Assembly (NCBI GenBank): GCA_963702845.1
Contig: OY969763.1
Location: forward strand, 1,248,001 to 1,312,000
DNA from: an uncultured Verrucomicrobiae bacterium
GTDB lineage: Bacteria; Verrucomicrobiota; Verrucomicrobiia; Limisphaerales; Palsa-1400
Length of the DNA: 64,000 bases
Reading direction: 5' to 3'
In this document: positions 1-10,641 of the stretch, one piece after another
How the letters are laid out: every line of letters starts with the position of its first letter
Position numbering within the stretch: the stretch's first letter is position 1
Notes under the pieces: generated by a model
Databases searched by the model: none
What the model was told of the DNA's origin: nothing
The model's input: only the letters and a program-made list of their open reading frames with translations
Made by a program: the position numbers and the translations under genes

Positions 1-1
1 T

Positions 2-766
2 GTTCGTTCCAAACGATTGGTATCCGGGCCATCGATTCGAAAGGATCACTAGCGTATTGCCAGTGGTAAATGAATTGGTAACGCCGATACCGACTTCGTT
101 GGTAAAAATGATCGTGCCTGAGTTTGTGAAATACATCGTCACGTCGCGCGGAAACGTTTGGGTCGTTCTATTAAGGGCCGTGACGGCAAACGCGTTACTC
201 AATCCCAAAATGTACATTTGGTTTGTCTTCGGTGGAGTGAGGCTATTCGGTCGCGTGAACATGAGTTTCCGGGTAATGTTAAAAATATTCGCGTAAGTGA
301 CCTGATCGAGCGTAGGCACCGCAGGTTTGAATCCAACTATCAATCCTATGCCCCGCACGTTATCGTCTGCGGACAAAGTCGGATCGCTCGCTGCTTTGAA
401 TGGGCGCGCGATGATCTCAGCGTAGTTCGTTGTGACCTCCACCCAATTCGTGATGAGCGCCGTGACACATAGCTCATTGCTCACGACGCCAAATTGCGGA
501 CGAAAAACGGATGGAAAATCGAAATCACCGTCTGTGTGATTCGTTTGGTCGTAGGCATTGACCGCTTGTTGAAGAAGGTAGTGAACGCCGCCGTTATACC
601 GGACCAAAGGATTCGTACTGCAAAAAACGGGAATCTCGTTAACGCCAAACCCCCATTTCGGCCGCAGCAGTTGATCCGCGCGGTTAGTAAAGGCATTGAG
701 CGCGTCCTGGCCGCGTGCGCATAACGCGGCGCAAGCGACTAGAACTATGACAAAGGCGCGATTCAT
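2..766 (-). CDS. Secreted hypothetical protein, 5' part only (runs off the left edge)
   Basis: Manual translation from ATG at 766 gives MNRAFVIVLVACAALCARGQ (signal-peptide-like) and an open frame to the window start. Not in the ORF track because there is no stop in the window. Confidence 0.75.
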   Translation of the reverse strand, partial: MNRAFVIVLVACAALCARGQDALNAFTNRADQLLRPKWGFGVNEIPVFCSTNPLVRYNGGVHYLLQQAVNAYDQTNHTDGDFDFPSVFRPQFGVVSNELCVTALITNWVEVTTNYAEIIARPFKAASDPTLSADDNVRGIGLIVGFKPAVPTLDQVTYANIFNITRKLMFTRPNSLTPPKTNQMYILGLSNAFAVTALNRTTQTFPRDVTMYFTNSGTIIFTNEVGIGVTNSFTTGNTLVILSNRWPGYQSFGTN

Positions 767-946
767 TTGGTTGTCCCTATGTGGGCGCTCGGATTTTGAT
801 TCAACCACAGTGGAACATTGCTGGCGAGGTCGTTTTCGCCTGTCTTCCCGGACGGACACTGATCGGCTAGAAAGATATCGCCTGCTATCAAGTTGCCAGT
901 AACAATGAAACTCGCATCGTCCTATGATTCACGCAGCCGAGGCATT

Positions 947-2176
947 ATGAAACGCTGGCCCGCATGGCTTCTACTCACGGTGTTGGCGCTCATGCCATCG
1001 GCGACTGCACGGGCGGCGTTGGGCAAATTGGGAGCGATGGGAGACAGTTTGACCGACGAGTATTGGGACAGCGGCGTTTCAACTTACGCAACCAACTGGG
1101 CTTCGCTGGTTGTGATGTTTCGCGGGATCGATATGGGGCCGACCGCAGCCCAGGCCGGAACAAATTCTTGGGGCACACCGCGTAACCTTGGCTATAAATA
1201 CAATTGGGCACTGACCGGCGCAACCTCTGCGAGTCTTCTGACACAGGGGCAACACACCGGTCTGGCGAGCCAGTTCAATTCCGATGGCGTTTCCAACGCG
1301 GTGCTGGCGATTGGCCCAAATGATTTCAATCCCACGTCCTCGGCCTATACCAGTATTTATTCCGGACTATGGAGCGCGGGGCAGATTCAAACTTACGTAA
1401 ACCAGAGCATCAGCAACATTGAGACGGCGCTCAGCACGGTGAGAGCGGCGGGCATCCGCGTGGTTGTCGCGACCGTCATTGATCCCGGGTCGACGCCGGC
1501 CGTCGTGTCGTTTTTTACCAGTGGCGCGAATCGCGATCGTGTTGCCGCTGCTGTCCAAAGCGTCAACGCCGGTGTGAAAAATCTCGCGCAGAAATATCAG
1601 GTGCCGCTTGTGGACTGGTATGGATTGGAGAAAGCGGTTTTTGGCCCGAACACCAACCTCCGTTCGACGCTCAAGGTGGGCGGCATCACCATTAATCTTC
1701 GGGCCAGCGATCCCGGCCCGCCGACGTTGACGCCAACGAACGCCTTTGTGTCTGACGGATTTCATCCCAACACGGTCCTTCAGGCCGTTTTTGGCAACGT
1801 GATCCTGCAAGCATTTGACAGCGGCTATAACGCAAACGTGAGCTTGTTCTCAGAACAGGAAATCCTCAACCACGCGCTCATCACTTACGGCGGATCGAAC
1901 ACGCTCCAGTCCCAGATTGGCGACTACACGAATTACATCATCCTGCCAATGCTGCCCAGGTTTACGGGAATTAACGTAGCGGGCACGAATGTTGCCATGC
2001 AGTTTTCAACGGCGTCGAACCAGCTTTACGTCGTAGAGAGCCGTGACGATCTAAACGCCAGTTTGTGGACGGTGGCCACAAATAACGTTCCTGGCACAGG
2101 AGGAATTGTCACCGTGTCCAGTCCGTTGAGCGCCATTTCCCAAGAGCGATTTTACCGGCTTCGGCAACTGCCTTAA
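947..2176 (+). CDS. Secreted SGNH/GDSL hydrolase with C-terminal beta domain ending RFYRL
   Basis: Signal peptide, GDSL motif (MGDSL), GPND block and DGFHP catalytic motif. Start moved to ATG 947. Confidence 0.85.
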   Translation: MKRWPAWLLLTVLALMPSATARAALGKLGAMGDSLTDEYWDSGVSTYATNWASLVVMFRGIDMGPTAAQAGTNSWGTPRNLGYKYNWALTGATSASLLTQGQHTGLASQFNSDGVSNAVLAIGPNDFNPTSSAYTSIYSGLWSAGQIQTYVNQSISNIETALSTVRAAGIRVVVATVIDPGSTPAVVSFFTSGANRDRVAAAVQSVNAGVKNLAQKYQVPLVDWYGLEKAVFGPNTNLRSTLKVGGITINLRASDPGPPTLTPTNAFVSDGFHPNTVLQAVFGNVILQAFDSGYNANVSLFSEQEILNHALITYGGSNTLQSQIGDYTNYIILPMLPRFTGINVAGTNVAMQFSTASNQLYVVESRDDLNASLWTVATNNVPGTGGIVTVSSPLSAISQERFYRLRQLP

Positions 2177-2301
2177 GGCCTGATTTTCACAATCATCTTG
2201 ACGCCCAAACCAACGCAGTTCTAGCCTAATCCGTTGGCGCCGATGAAAAGCGATTCCCTCCTGCCGCCCGACGCGAAAGCTCAAATTCAATTCAGAAATT
2301 A

Positions 2302-2919
2302 GTGTCCATATTTCGTCTCATCATTTTTTGGATGACCTTGGGCGCGTGCATCTGCCGCGCGGAAGAATCCGCTTACTACAAATCTTTTCTCAGCGCTGTC
2401 GCCCCCGGAGATATGAAGCGCCCAACCCTTGTTTCCTCGTCGCTGCTGGTGGATACAAATAATACCGACCTCAAAGTGTCTGGAGGCCATACCAACAGCC
2501 TGTTAAAAATGTGGGGCAGGGGCGAGGTTGCAGGAATTTCCCTGCGCATGAGTATGTCGGACGTTATCGCCCAATGGGGCAAACCGGAACGACTCTGGTC
2601 CACTTGCGGGGGCGGGCCGCGAATGGTTTATCACGACGTTTCGCTTGTGTTTCACAAGGATGTTTTGTCCGAAATCATCATTTTTCCACGGGGCAAAAAG
2701 GGATGGTTCGAAAGCGGACTGAACACTGTTTCGCGGGCGAAAGATTTTGTTGGCGTGTTGGGACGTCCACACAGCCGAAAAGGCCCAGCCCGGTCGCCAG
2801 ATGTTTTACATTACGAATCGCCGGGGCAGATGTTCATGATGTCTTTTCAGCAGCACGGCGGCCAATTGCAGTATATCCGGCTGCTTACCACCAGCGCAGG
2901 GTTGGACAACCTTTATTGA
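2302..2919 (+). CDS. Hypothetical exported protein
   Basis: 205-aa ORF with hydrophobic N-terminus; no recognisable motif. Confidence 0.6.
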   Translation: MSIFRLIIFWMTLGACICRAEESAYYKSFLSAVAPGDMKRPTLVSSSLLVDTNNTDLKVSGGHTNSLLKMWGRGEVAGISLRMSMSDVIAQWGKPERLWSTCGGGPRMVYHDVSLVFHKDVLSEIIIFPRGKKGWFESGLNTVSRAKDFVGVLGRPHSRKGPARSPDVLHYESPGQMFMMSFQQHGGQLQYIRLLTTSAGLDNLY

Positions 2920-3683
2920 TTGAGGTGCCATCGAACGTTCGCACGTACCCGGCTGACGAGAAAAAAGGAACTGACAATTGCGCAGCGCAGCAGACGTCAG
3001 TCCCAACTATTTACACTAACTGCTGGTCTGCAGCGCTTTTCTCTTTGCAACTACCGTTACTACATGTTATAGAGAGTCGTTAGTCGCGTCGTAGCCTTGT
3101 GCGAAGACGGATGCTCTTTGAAAATTTGAATATCGACGTCGGTTGTCCTGACTTGTCACCATTCGTGACGAATCAGGACGCCTTACGCCCAATCGTGACC
3201 AAAACGGCCCGAATCCACCGTGTCCGGGCGAGTGGTATCCCCGCGCCACTCACCCTGTGAATTCAATACGGTTTCGGAGAGCTACGAGTGGTTTCGGTTA
3301 AAAAGACCTACCCCCTAAAAAAGGGCTCATTTCGTACGTTGACCTCTGTGGATGAGTAGCATACGTGGATGGAACACACCAAAAAATGCCGTGTTTTCAC
3401 TGCATAACGCCGCATCTTTCCGCAAGATTCCGTAAGACTTCGTAAAATCCGGAGGGATGACGTGGAGGTCGCTGGTAGGGCTCGTCACGCCGCGCGGGCC
3501 GTTTTTTTAAGTGTGTAAAAGCAGCTACAAATCGATGTTGAGGCGCTACGAGTTGCTGGTAGTAGCTAATTGTAGCAACTTGTAGCAACATTCCCGCGAT
3601 TTTTTTGGATGTCATAAGCATTGGGAGTCACCCAAATACGAAGGACTCACCGACTCAACGACTTATGGAGTTACGCTCCCTCC

Positions 3684-4418
3684 TCAAATTCCGCGGAGAA
3701 GCTTCTTCGCGCGTCGGATCCAAACGCGCTCGCGTTTGCGTTGGAACCCGGGAGCGTGGGCGTCGTCGGCTAACGTGGTTTGGAGTTCGGTGCGGGCGAG
3801 TTCGGGTTGTTGCTGGGCGATGTACAGTTGAGCGAGCTGGACGCGGGCACGAGCGTAGCTGTTGTTCTGCAGGACCTGTTTCCAGGCGCAGATTGAGGCG
3901 TCGGTTTCGCCCAAGGCTGCCAACGTTTCGGCGTAAGCCATCAAAGAATGGCCATAATCGTGGCGGGGATTTTCAGCGCAGACCTGTTGTAAAAGCAGTT
4001 GGGCCTGGTCGGGTTTCTTCTGGCGCAAAAGACACTGGCCAAGATGCGCACGAGTATCGATGTCCGAAGCGTCGCGTTCCAACGACGCGCGGTAAGAAGC
4101 TTCGGCTTTATCGAGCTTGCCTTGCTGGAAATAAATATCGCCAAGGGCGAGGTGGTGATGAGGTTTGTCGAGGTGATGAATTTGCGCCTGCAGCTCTTTA
4201 ATGCGTCGGCGGTCGTGGACGCCAGGCAATTGAAAGCCGGTCGTCGCCGAGGGCGTTGCGCGATAGACGTAGAAGAAATAACAGACGGCGCCGAACACTG
4301 GGAAAATGAAAATGAAGACGGCTCAGCCGTATTCCTCGCGGCGCACGGCGTCGATCAGCATCCAGATTTGGAAGGCTAATGGAATGGCGAGCCAGGGCTG
4401 CGCCCGGACCGTATCCAT
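3684..4418 (-). pseudogene. Membrane-anchored TPR protein interrupted by one in-frame TGA (4323-4325)
   Basis: TPR repeats in 3684..4298. The same frame continues upstream to ATG 4418 (MDTVRAQPWLAIPLAFQIWMLIDAVRREEYG*AVFIFIFPVFG). Confidence 0.65.
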
Positions 4419-4556
4419 ATCGAATGACAAAAAAGCCAAACAGCTCACGAGTGTGGGCGATTTGGTAGCAGAAACGGCTGTGCGCGTCTGCAAAAAAACT
4501 TGGTGCTTTTTGAAGCTGCCTGGAATTTTAGGTCGGGTCTGAGCGCCGCGTCGTGA

Positions 4557-5762
4557 TCAGGATTGGTATTTTCCTGCTTTGCTTTTAGGAACAACCAGAA
4601 CGGTTTTTTGTTTTTGCTTACGAATCAACACGAGATTTTCGGTGCGCATCGTTTTGAGTTTCTGGTCCCACCATTCGGGATGGTTGGTCTGTAAGGCTGC
4701 TTCGAATGCTGAGACCCATTCCTGGCCGTTCATGACGTGGTCACAGCCGAACTTGACGCTTCCGGCAGCGACGTCTTTATCAATCAGATAGCGCCAGCCG
4801 GAAACTTCCATGCATTGGTTTAAGAGTCCGTTAACGGAACAGCCCTCAACTGGCGAAATGGGGAAGGTGTAGTTGTCCGGATGACCGTAGCTGTTGGTCA
4901 TGTATTGCATCGCGGCAGGATCGCCAGTGGAATAGGTCGTTGCCCGAAAGTCAGCGGGGTTGAAGTCGGACTGTTTGATTTTTTGGATTGTGACGGTAGC
5001 TGTGCCGGCGAGGGCGAATACGCCGACGGCAACGACCGCTGCAGTTTTGAGTTTTGTCCAGGCCATGAGTTTGAGTGCTCCTTTTACGAGGGTTGCGGTT
5101 GAACTTCCGGCGGCAGCGCCCTTTGCGGCGGCAGGGGCGATAGTCATCGCTAGACCGAGCGGCGCGGCTTTGACTGAGTTGGCCGAAATGGCGCCGACGA
5201 TTGCGACCGCGGACATCGTCGCGCCGCGTTTGACAAAGAATTTGCGAAGCTTTTCGACCGCGCGGGAGACCCGTTTTTGGGCGGCGTCGGATGAAATGCC
5301 GAGGGCGTTGCCGATTTCGTCGGCTGGCATGCCGTTGTAGAAACGCAAGACGACTGCGTTGCGGTCGGGCTCGCTGAGTTTGGCGATGGCTTCGTCGAGG
5401 ATGGGAGCGAGCCGGGCCCAGTCGTCGGCACTGGAATCGTTAGCGAGAGATTGCATGTGAGCTTCGTGTTCGCGGCGGTATCGGCGAAATTCTGTTCTCA
5501 GCGCGTTGCGGGCGACGAAGTGGGTTGTGCGGCAAAGCCAGCCTGCGAGAACGGTGTTGCGGTTTAGCGCGCGCGCTTTTTGGGCGAGGATGGTGAAGAC
5601 GGCTTGGGCGACGTCTTCGGCGGTGTGAGGGTTGCGAATCTGTCGTAAGGCGGCGGAGTAAACGAGCGGGATGTAGCGTTCGACCAATTCGGCAAAAGCC
5701 TCGTTGGAATGCTGGTTCGCATAAGCGGAGAGCAGATCCGCATCGTTTAGTTCGCTCATCAT
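4557..5762 (-). CDS. ECF sigma-70 factor with TM segment and C-terminal extension
   Basis: AFAELVERY, AEDVAQAVF, LAGWL and region-4 HTH, then an Ala-rich linker and TM helix. Confidence 0.9.
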   Translation of the reverse strand: MMSELNDADLLSAYANQHSNEAFAELVERYIPLVYSAALRQIRNPHTAEDVAQAVFTILAQKARALNRNTVLAGWLCRTTHFVARNALRTEFRRYRREHEAHMQSLANDSSADDWARLAPILDEAIAKLSEPDRNAVVLRFYNGMPADEIGNALGISSDAAQKRVSRAVEKLRKFFVKRGATMSAVAIVGAISANSVKAAPLGLAMTIAPAAAKGAAAGSSTATLVKGALKLMAWTKLKTAAVVAVGVFALAGTATVTIQKIKQSDFNPADFRATTYSTGDPAAMQYMTNSYGHPDNYTFPISPVEGCSVNGLLNQCMEVSGWRYLIDKDVAAGSVKFGCDHVMNGQEWVSAFEAALQTNHPEWWDQKLKTMRTENLVLIRKQKQKTVLVVPKSKAGKYQS

Positions 5763-5769
5763 CTATAAT

Positions 5770-5794
5770 TGTCCGCACAATGAACGATCGGACA
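5770..5794 (-). promoter_or_regulatory. TGTCCG-N13-CGGACA motif, candidate autoregulated ECF promoter
   Basis: Inverted hexamers ending 7 nt upstream of the sigma factor ATG. Confidence 0.5.
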
Positions 5795-5852
5795 GGGTAT
5801 TTTTGGCTAATGACAGAAGCGCGATAGTGGTTGAGGTTGAAACGGGAACTCT

Positions 5853-8627
5853 ATGAAGCCGCGATTTCAAGTGCCGCCGGTGGGCGGTGATCGCCTGAAA
5901 GCTCGATTGGGGTGGGGCTTGCAAGACTTGCTGCCCGATCGGGAAGAAGCACTGCGCTTTGCTGATCTTGCTTTTGAAGCGCTACCCACTCCCATTCTGG
6001 TTCTGGATGAAGATTTGTGTGTGCAGAAGGCGAATCGCGCTTTCTACGAAACGTTCCAATTGACACCGGAGCAGACGGAGCACGTACCGCTCAACAAATT
6101 GCCGGGAGGAGATTGGAATGTTGAAGTGTTACAACGGATGCTGCAGCACAGCCTGCCTTGTGACGTGAGCTTCGGTGACTTTGAGGTGGTGCATGAATTT
6201 GAACGCATTGGCCGACGGACGATGCTGGTGGATGCGTGCGTGGTCGCCTTGGAATCTTTAGGCAAGAGATTCATTTTGGTGACGCTGGAGGATTTTTCAG
6301 AATGGCGAGTGCAAGCCGACCAGGCGTTACTCCGACGGGCGTCGTCGGTCGACGCTTCGATGGACGGCATTGCGTTGCACGATGCGAACGAGGCGTTTGT
6401 TTACATGAACCGGGCGCACGCCGAGATGTACGGCTATCAAGATCCAAACGAGCTCATTGGCAAGACGTGGGAGGTGCTTTACGAAGCATCGGAGCTGCTC
6501 CGTTTTCGGGACGAAATCATGCCGCTGTTCAGGGAGACCGGCCATTGGCGCGGTGAAAGCATTGGCAGAAGGAAAGATGGTTCATTGTTCCCGCAAGAAC
6601 TGTCGTTGTCACAGATGCCGACCGGCGGGTTGGTTTGCGTGGTGCGTGACGTTACCGAGCAAAAACGGCGGGAGGACGGTTATGCGCGATTGGCGCAGAT
6701 TGTGGAATGTTCGGCAGACTCGATTATCAGCGTTGATTTCGAAGGAATCATTCGTACCTGGAACAAAGCAGCGGAGAATGTCCACGGCTATACGGGGCAG
6801 GAAATGATTGGAAAACCGTTAACAGCATTGGCGGTGCCCGAACATGTTGCGGCGATGAAAATGCATCTCGAAGCTCCCAAACAGGGGAAAGATGTTTCAT
6901 TCGAAACCAAGCGAATTCGCAAAGACGGGCGGGAAATCGATGTCGCGGTGAAGTTCTCGCCCATTCGTGATTCGAGCGGAAGGCTGGTCGGTGCTTCGAC
7001 AATTGCCCGCGATATCACCGAGCGAAAACGGCACGAGGAGGCAAACGCGCGGTTGGCGGCGATTGTGGAATCCTCAGATGACGCCATCTACAGTACCAAT
7101 TTCAACGAGGTCATAACCAGTTGGAACAAGGGTGCGGAACGGTTGTTTGGTTACTCGTCCGCCGAAGCGGTCGGGAGTAGCGTCATAATTTTGTATCCGC
7201 CCGACATGCATGAGGTCGAACGCGCCAAGCTGGCGACGGTGCCGGGCAAGCAGGTTAAACAGTTTGAAACGGTGCGTCGGTGCAAGGACGGCAGTCTCGT
7301 GGACGTTTCGTTAAATATTACGCCAGTCATAAATCCTCGGGGCGAAGTGATCGGATTATCGAGGACTGCCCGCAACATCGGTGAGCGAAAGCGAGGCGAA
7401 CTGGAGCGAATGCGTGAGAATCGTCGCACCAAATTACTCGCAGACGCCGCCCATGCTTTATTGTCGTTGGAGTCGCCACGAAAGATCGTCCGCAGCATCT
7501 TCGCCCAGATTGGACCGGAGCTCGGGCTCGATGTGTATTTGAATTACCTGGTCGGGCGGTCAGGAGATGTGCTCGAGTTGAATTCTTACGCGGGTGTTCC
7601 GAAGGACGTGGTGAAACAACTGTCGAGGTTGCCGTTTGGGCAACCGACGTGCGGAGTTGTCGCGCAACAGCGGCGAGGGTGGACAGTTTCGCACGTGCAG
7701 GATCGGGATGATCCTGAGTTTGCCTTGTTGCGTCAAAGTGGGGTTCGTGCATACGCGTGCAATCCGTTGATTGCAGGAAAGAAGTTGATTGGGACACTGG
7801 CGTTTGGATCGTCTACGCACGATGAATTCAGCGAGAAAGAGATCAAGTATTTGCAGACGATTTGCGATTTCGTCGCGCTGGCACAGGAACGAGCGTTGCA
7901 TCAACAGACGCTCGAGCGCCGGGTTGAAGAACGCACGGAGAAACTGCAGGAGAGCATCGGTGAACTGGAGGCGTTTGCCTACAGCGTGTCACATGACATG
8001 CGCGCACCGTTGCGCGCGATGCGAAGTTTCGCTCGTATTTTGTTGGTCGACTATCGTCATCAGGTCGACCACGAGGGGACGTTTTACCTCGAGAAGATTA
8101 GTGAAGCCGCCAAGCACATGGACGAACTGATTGAGGATGTGTTGGCGTATACACACATTGTGCGCGCTGAAGTGAAAATCGAGCCGGTGGATCTGGACAA
8201 ACTGGTGTGCCATATCATCGCAACGTATCCGCAATTGACCGCCAACAATGCACGGATCGAGATCGTGGGCGCATTACCTACAGTTCTCGGCAATACGGCC
8301 AGTCTGACGCAGTGCGTCTCCAATTTGCTCACCAACGCGGTGAAGTTCGTCGCGCCGGGAGTTCAGGCAAGAGTTAGAATCCGCGCCGAAAGCGTCGATT
8401 CGAAAGTTCGCGTTTGGTTCGAGGACAATGGTATCGGGATTGACAACAAAATCTTGCACCGCATTTTCGGCATCTTCGAGCGCGGTACCGAAGGGCCTGA
8501 ATACGAAGGCACCGGTATCGGTCTGGCGATCGTCAAAAAAGCGATCGAACGCATCGGTGGCACTGTTGGAGTGAAATCTCAACTTGGAAAAGGAAGTCGC
8601 TTTTGGATCGAACTGCGCAAAGCGTGA
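5853..8627 (+). CDS. Multi-PAS/GAF sensor histidine kinase
   Basis: Several PAS/PAC repeats, a GAF domain, HisKA (SVSHDMRAPLR) and HATPase (NLLTNAVKF, DNGIG, GTGIGL). Confidence 0.95.
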   Translation: MKPRFQVPPVGGDRLKARLGWGLQDLLPDREEALRFADLAFEALPTPILVLDEDLCVQKANRAFYETFQLTPEQTEHVPLNKLPGGDWNVEVLQRMLQHSLPCDVSFGDFEVVHEFERIGRRTMLVDACVVALESLGKRFILVTLEDFSEWRVQADQALLRRASSVDASMDGIALHDANEAFVYMNRAHAEMYGYQDPNELIGKTWEVLYEASELLRFRDEIMPLFRETGHWRGESIGRRKDGSLFPQELSLSQMPTGGLVCVVRDVTEQKRREDGYARLAQIVECSADSIISVDFEGIIRTWNKAAENVHGYTGQEMIGKPLTALAVPEHVAAMKMHLEAPKQGKDVSFETKRIRKDGREIDVAVKFSPIRDSSGRLVGASTIARDITERKRHEEANARLAAIVESSDDAIYSTNFNEVITSWNKGAERLFGYSSAEAVGSSVIILYPPDMHEVERAKLATVPGKQVKQFETVRRCKDGSLVDVSLNITPVINPRGEVIGLSRTARNIGERKRGELERMRENRRTKLLADAAHALLSLESPRKIVRSIFAQIGPELGLDVYLNYLVGRSGDVLELNSYAGVPKDVVKQLSRLPFGQPTCGVVAQQRRGWTVSHVQDRDDPEFALLRQSGVRAYACNPLIAGKKLIGTLAFGSSTHDEFSEKEIKYLQTICDFVALAQERALHQQTLERRVEERTEKLQESIGELEAFAYSVSHDMRAPLRAMRSFARILLVDYRHQVDHEGTFYLEKISEAAKHMDELIEDVLAYTHIVRAEVKIEPVDLDKLVCHIIATYPQLTANNARIEIVGALPTVLGNTASLTQCVSNLLTNAVKFVAPGVQARVRIRAESVDSKVRVWFEDNGIGIDNKILHRIFGIFERGTEGPEYEGTGIGLAIVKKAIERIGGTVGVKSQLGKGSRFWIELRKA

Positions 8628-8646
8628 ATCCGTTTCACGAGGAAAT

Positions 8647-9147
8647 ATGGAAAGAAACATTTTGTTGGTAGAAGATGAAGACAATGATGTTTTCTTCCTC
8701 AAACGCGCGCTGAATAAAGCAGGAGTGACCGCGATGTTGAATGTCATCCCCGATGGCCAAAAGGCGATCGAGTATTTGGAAGGATTGGGTGATTTTAGCG
8801 ACCGTCACAAATTTCCAATTCCATCGCTTTTGTTACTCGACCTGAAACTGCCGCACGTGATGGGATTGGAAGTGCTGCAATGGATCCGCAGCCAGCCCGA
8901 GTACCGCCAGTTAATCGTCCTGATTTTGTCGTCGTCGCGTTTGCAAAGAGATATCGACGAAGCTTACCGAATTGGCGCCAATGGCTATCTTGTTAAACCT
9001 TCTACGCCCGAAGAGATGGTCGACATTGTGCAATCCATCAAGCAGTTCTGGTTCGAACATAACCAGCTACCATCCATTTGCCAGCCGGAGGTGAAGTTGC
9101 AAGCTTCGGTGTTAGCTCACAGTGTGGAGGCTTCGTCCGGTGCTTGA
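8647..9147 (+). CDS. Single-domain response regulator
   Basis: ILLVEDE, LLLDLKLP and YLVKP receiver motifs; directly after the kinase. Confidence 0.93.
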   Translation: MERNILLVEDEDNDVFFLKRALNKAGVTAMLNVIPDGQKAIEYLEGLGDFSDRHKFPIPSLLLLDLKLPHVMGLEVLQWIRSQPEYRQLIVLILSSSRLQRDIDEAYRIGANGYLVKPSTPEEMVDIVQSIKQFWFEHNQLPSICQPEVKLQASVLAHSVEASSGA

Positions 9148-9180
9148 TGAAACGAGCGGTGCGGGTTACAACCATGCGCA

Positions 9181-9933
9181 GTGATTGAGGTTTCGCACCT
9201 GGTAAAAAAGTTTGGGACGTTAACAGCCGTTAATGACGTGAGCTTGTCCGTCAAGCGTGGGCAGTTTTTTGCCGTGCTCGGACCGAACGCCGCGGGAAAA
9301 ACAACGCTCATCAAAATGCTCGCCGGATTGCTCAAGCCGACGTCGGGCTACGCCAAAATCGCCGGTTACGATGTGCAGACAGATCCGCTGGAAGCGCGGC
9401 GGCGATTGGCCTACGTGCCGGATTTTCCTTTTCTCTACGACAAGTTGACAGCTTGGGAATTTTTTCGCTTCATCGGCCAGATTTTCCAGATGAGCGAAGC
9501 GCGGATTCAGGCGTCCAGCCGGGAGCTGATTTCGAGGTTTGGTCTCGAAGCGTTTTTGGAAAAGCCAATTGAAGGGCTTTCGCATGGCACACGACAGCGC
9601 GTCGCCATCGCGTCGGCGCTGATGCATGACCCCGAGGTGTTTGTTATCGACGAACCGATGGTTGGGCTCGACCCGCATCATGCGCGCGTCGTGAAGGACA
9701 TTTTAAAGGAACGTACGTTGAAGGGGATGACCGTGTTTCTTTCCACGCACCAATTGTATGTTGCCGAAGAAATGGCGGACCAAATTGGAATCATGCACGA
9801 GGGAAAATTGATCGCATTAGGGACGGCGGACGAACTGAGGAAAAGGGCAGGCGAAAAAGGGTTGGAGCAGGTGTTCTTGACGTTGACGGCGAAAACCGCT
9901 GAACCAACCGAAGCGGAGAAGGTTAAAAAATAA
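9181..9933 (+). CDS. ABC transporter ATP-binding protein
   Basis: Walker A GPNAAGKT, signature-like LSHG, Walker B FVIDEP. Confidence 0.93.
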   Translation: MIEVSHLVKKFGTLTAVNDVSLSVKRGQFFAVLGPNAAGKTTLIKMLAGLLKPTSGYAKIAGYDVQTDPLEARRRLAYVPDFPFLYDKLTAWEFFRFIGQIFQMSEARIQASSRELISRFGLEAFLEKPIEGLSHGTRQRVAIASALMHDPEVFVIDEPMVGLDPHHARVVKDILKERTLKGMTVFLSTHQLYVAEEMADQIGIMHEGKLIALGTADELRKRAGEKGLEQVFLTLTAKTAEPTEAEKVKK

Positions 9934-9942
9934 GCGTCGACG

Positions 9943-10581
9943 CTAATCGGGATACTTGTCGTTCTTGATTGCAGCCCGCAGGTCGGTGCTCAGTGTCAGT
10001 CCGGCGGGTGGGCCTGCTAGATAAATGACACCGGGAATCTTTTGCACTTCGGGCAATGTTGTTTCGAGATTGAGCCATTCGAGGGTGACCGGAATTTCTT
10101 CAAACTGAACGCGGTTCGGCCGAGAGGCCAACATCCACAGGAGCGCAGCGCAACTGTGTGTGTCTTGCTGTCCGGTGATGCGAGCTTTGCGGAACGATTC
10201 GATGGCCCAACTTAACAACCGCGGACCAGTGAACAAAACCCAGCAGATAATGGCGAATACGATTTTGTAGCGAAGGAAAAGGATTTCAATAACGCCGTCG
10301 GGCGAGTTGTCTTCCCAATGATTTCTTTTGCGCCGTTCGCCCATCAGGTAATTGCCAAGAAACAGGAGCGGTATGCACGCGAGGGCGATCCAAAAAGCAG
10401 CCGTTCGCGGTCGACCATAGCGATCAGTGGTAAACATGGCGACAATGAGGAGCAGGAGCAGGAAACCGACAATGAGGCCGAGCGGAAACAGAACTAGTGC
10501 GAGAATTCCGCACAGTCGGTTCTTTGAGATGACCTTGGCGTTGTAGCGATCGAGCCATCCTTTGATGTAGTCAAAGTCCAT
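9943..10581 (-). CDS. Hypothetical membrane protein
   Basis: 212 aa with three hydrophobic segments. Confidence 0.75.
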   Translation of the reverse strand: MDFDYIKGWLDRYNAKVISKNRLCGILALVLFPLGLIVGFLLLLLIVAMFTTDRYGRPRTAAFWIALACIPLLFLGNYLMGERRKRNHWEDNSPDGVIEILFLRYKIVFAIICWVLFTGPRLLSWAIESFRKARITGQQDTHSCAALLWMLASRPNRVQFEEIPVTLEWLNLETTLPEVQKIPGVIYLAGPPAGLTLSTDLRAAIKNDKYPD

Positions 10582-10641
10582 TCGATTTGTTCTTTCGTGA
10601 TTTCGGTTGTTTGAACCAATGCACGGAGCGACGCGCTCTGC

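Noticed and set aside
4323..4325. Selenocysteine or TGA-recoded genetic code
   Set aside because: TGA terminates many clear genes here (e.g. 8627, 12577, 19205), and the context is a TM segment, not a redox motif.
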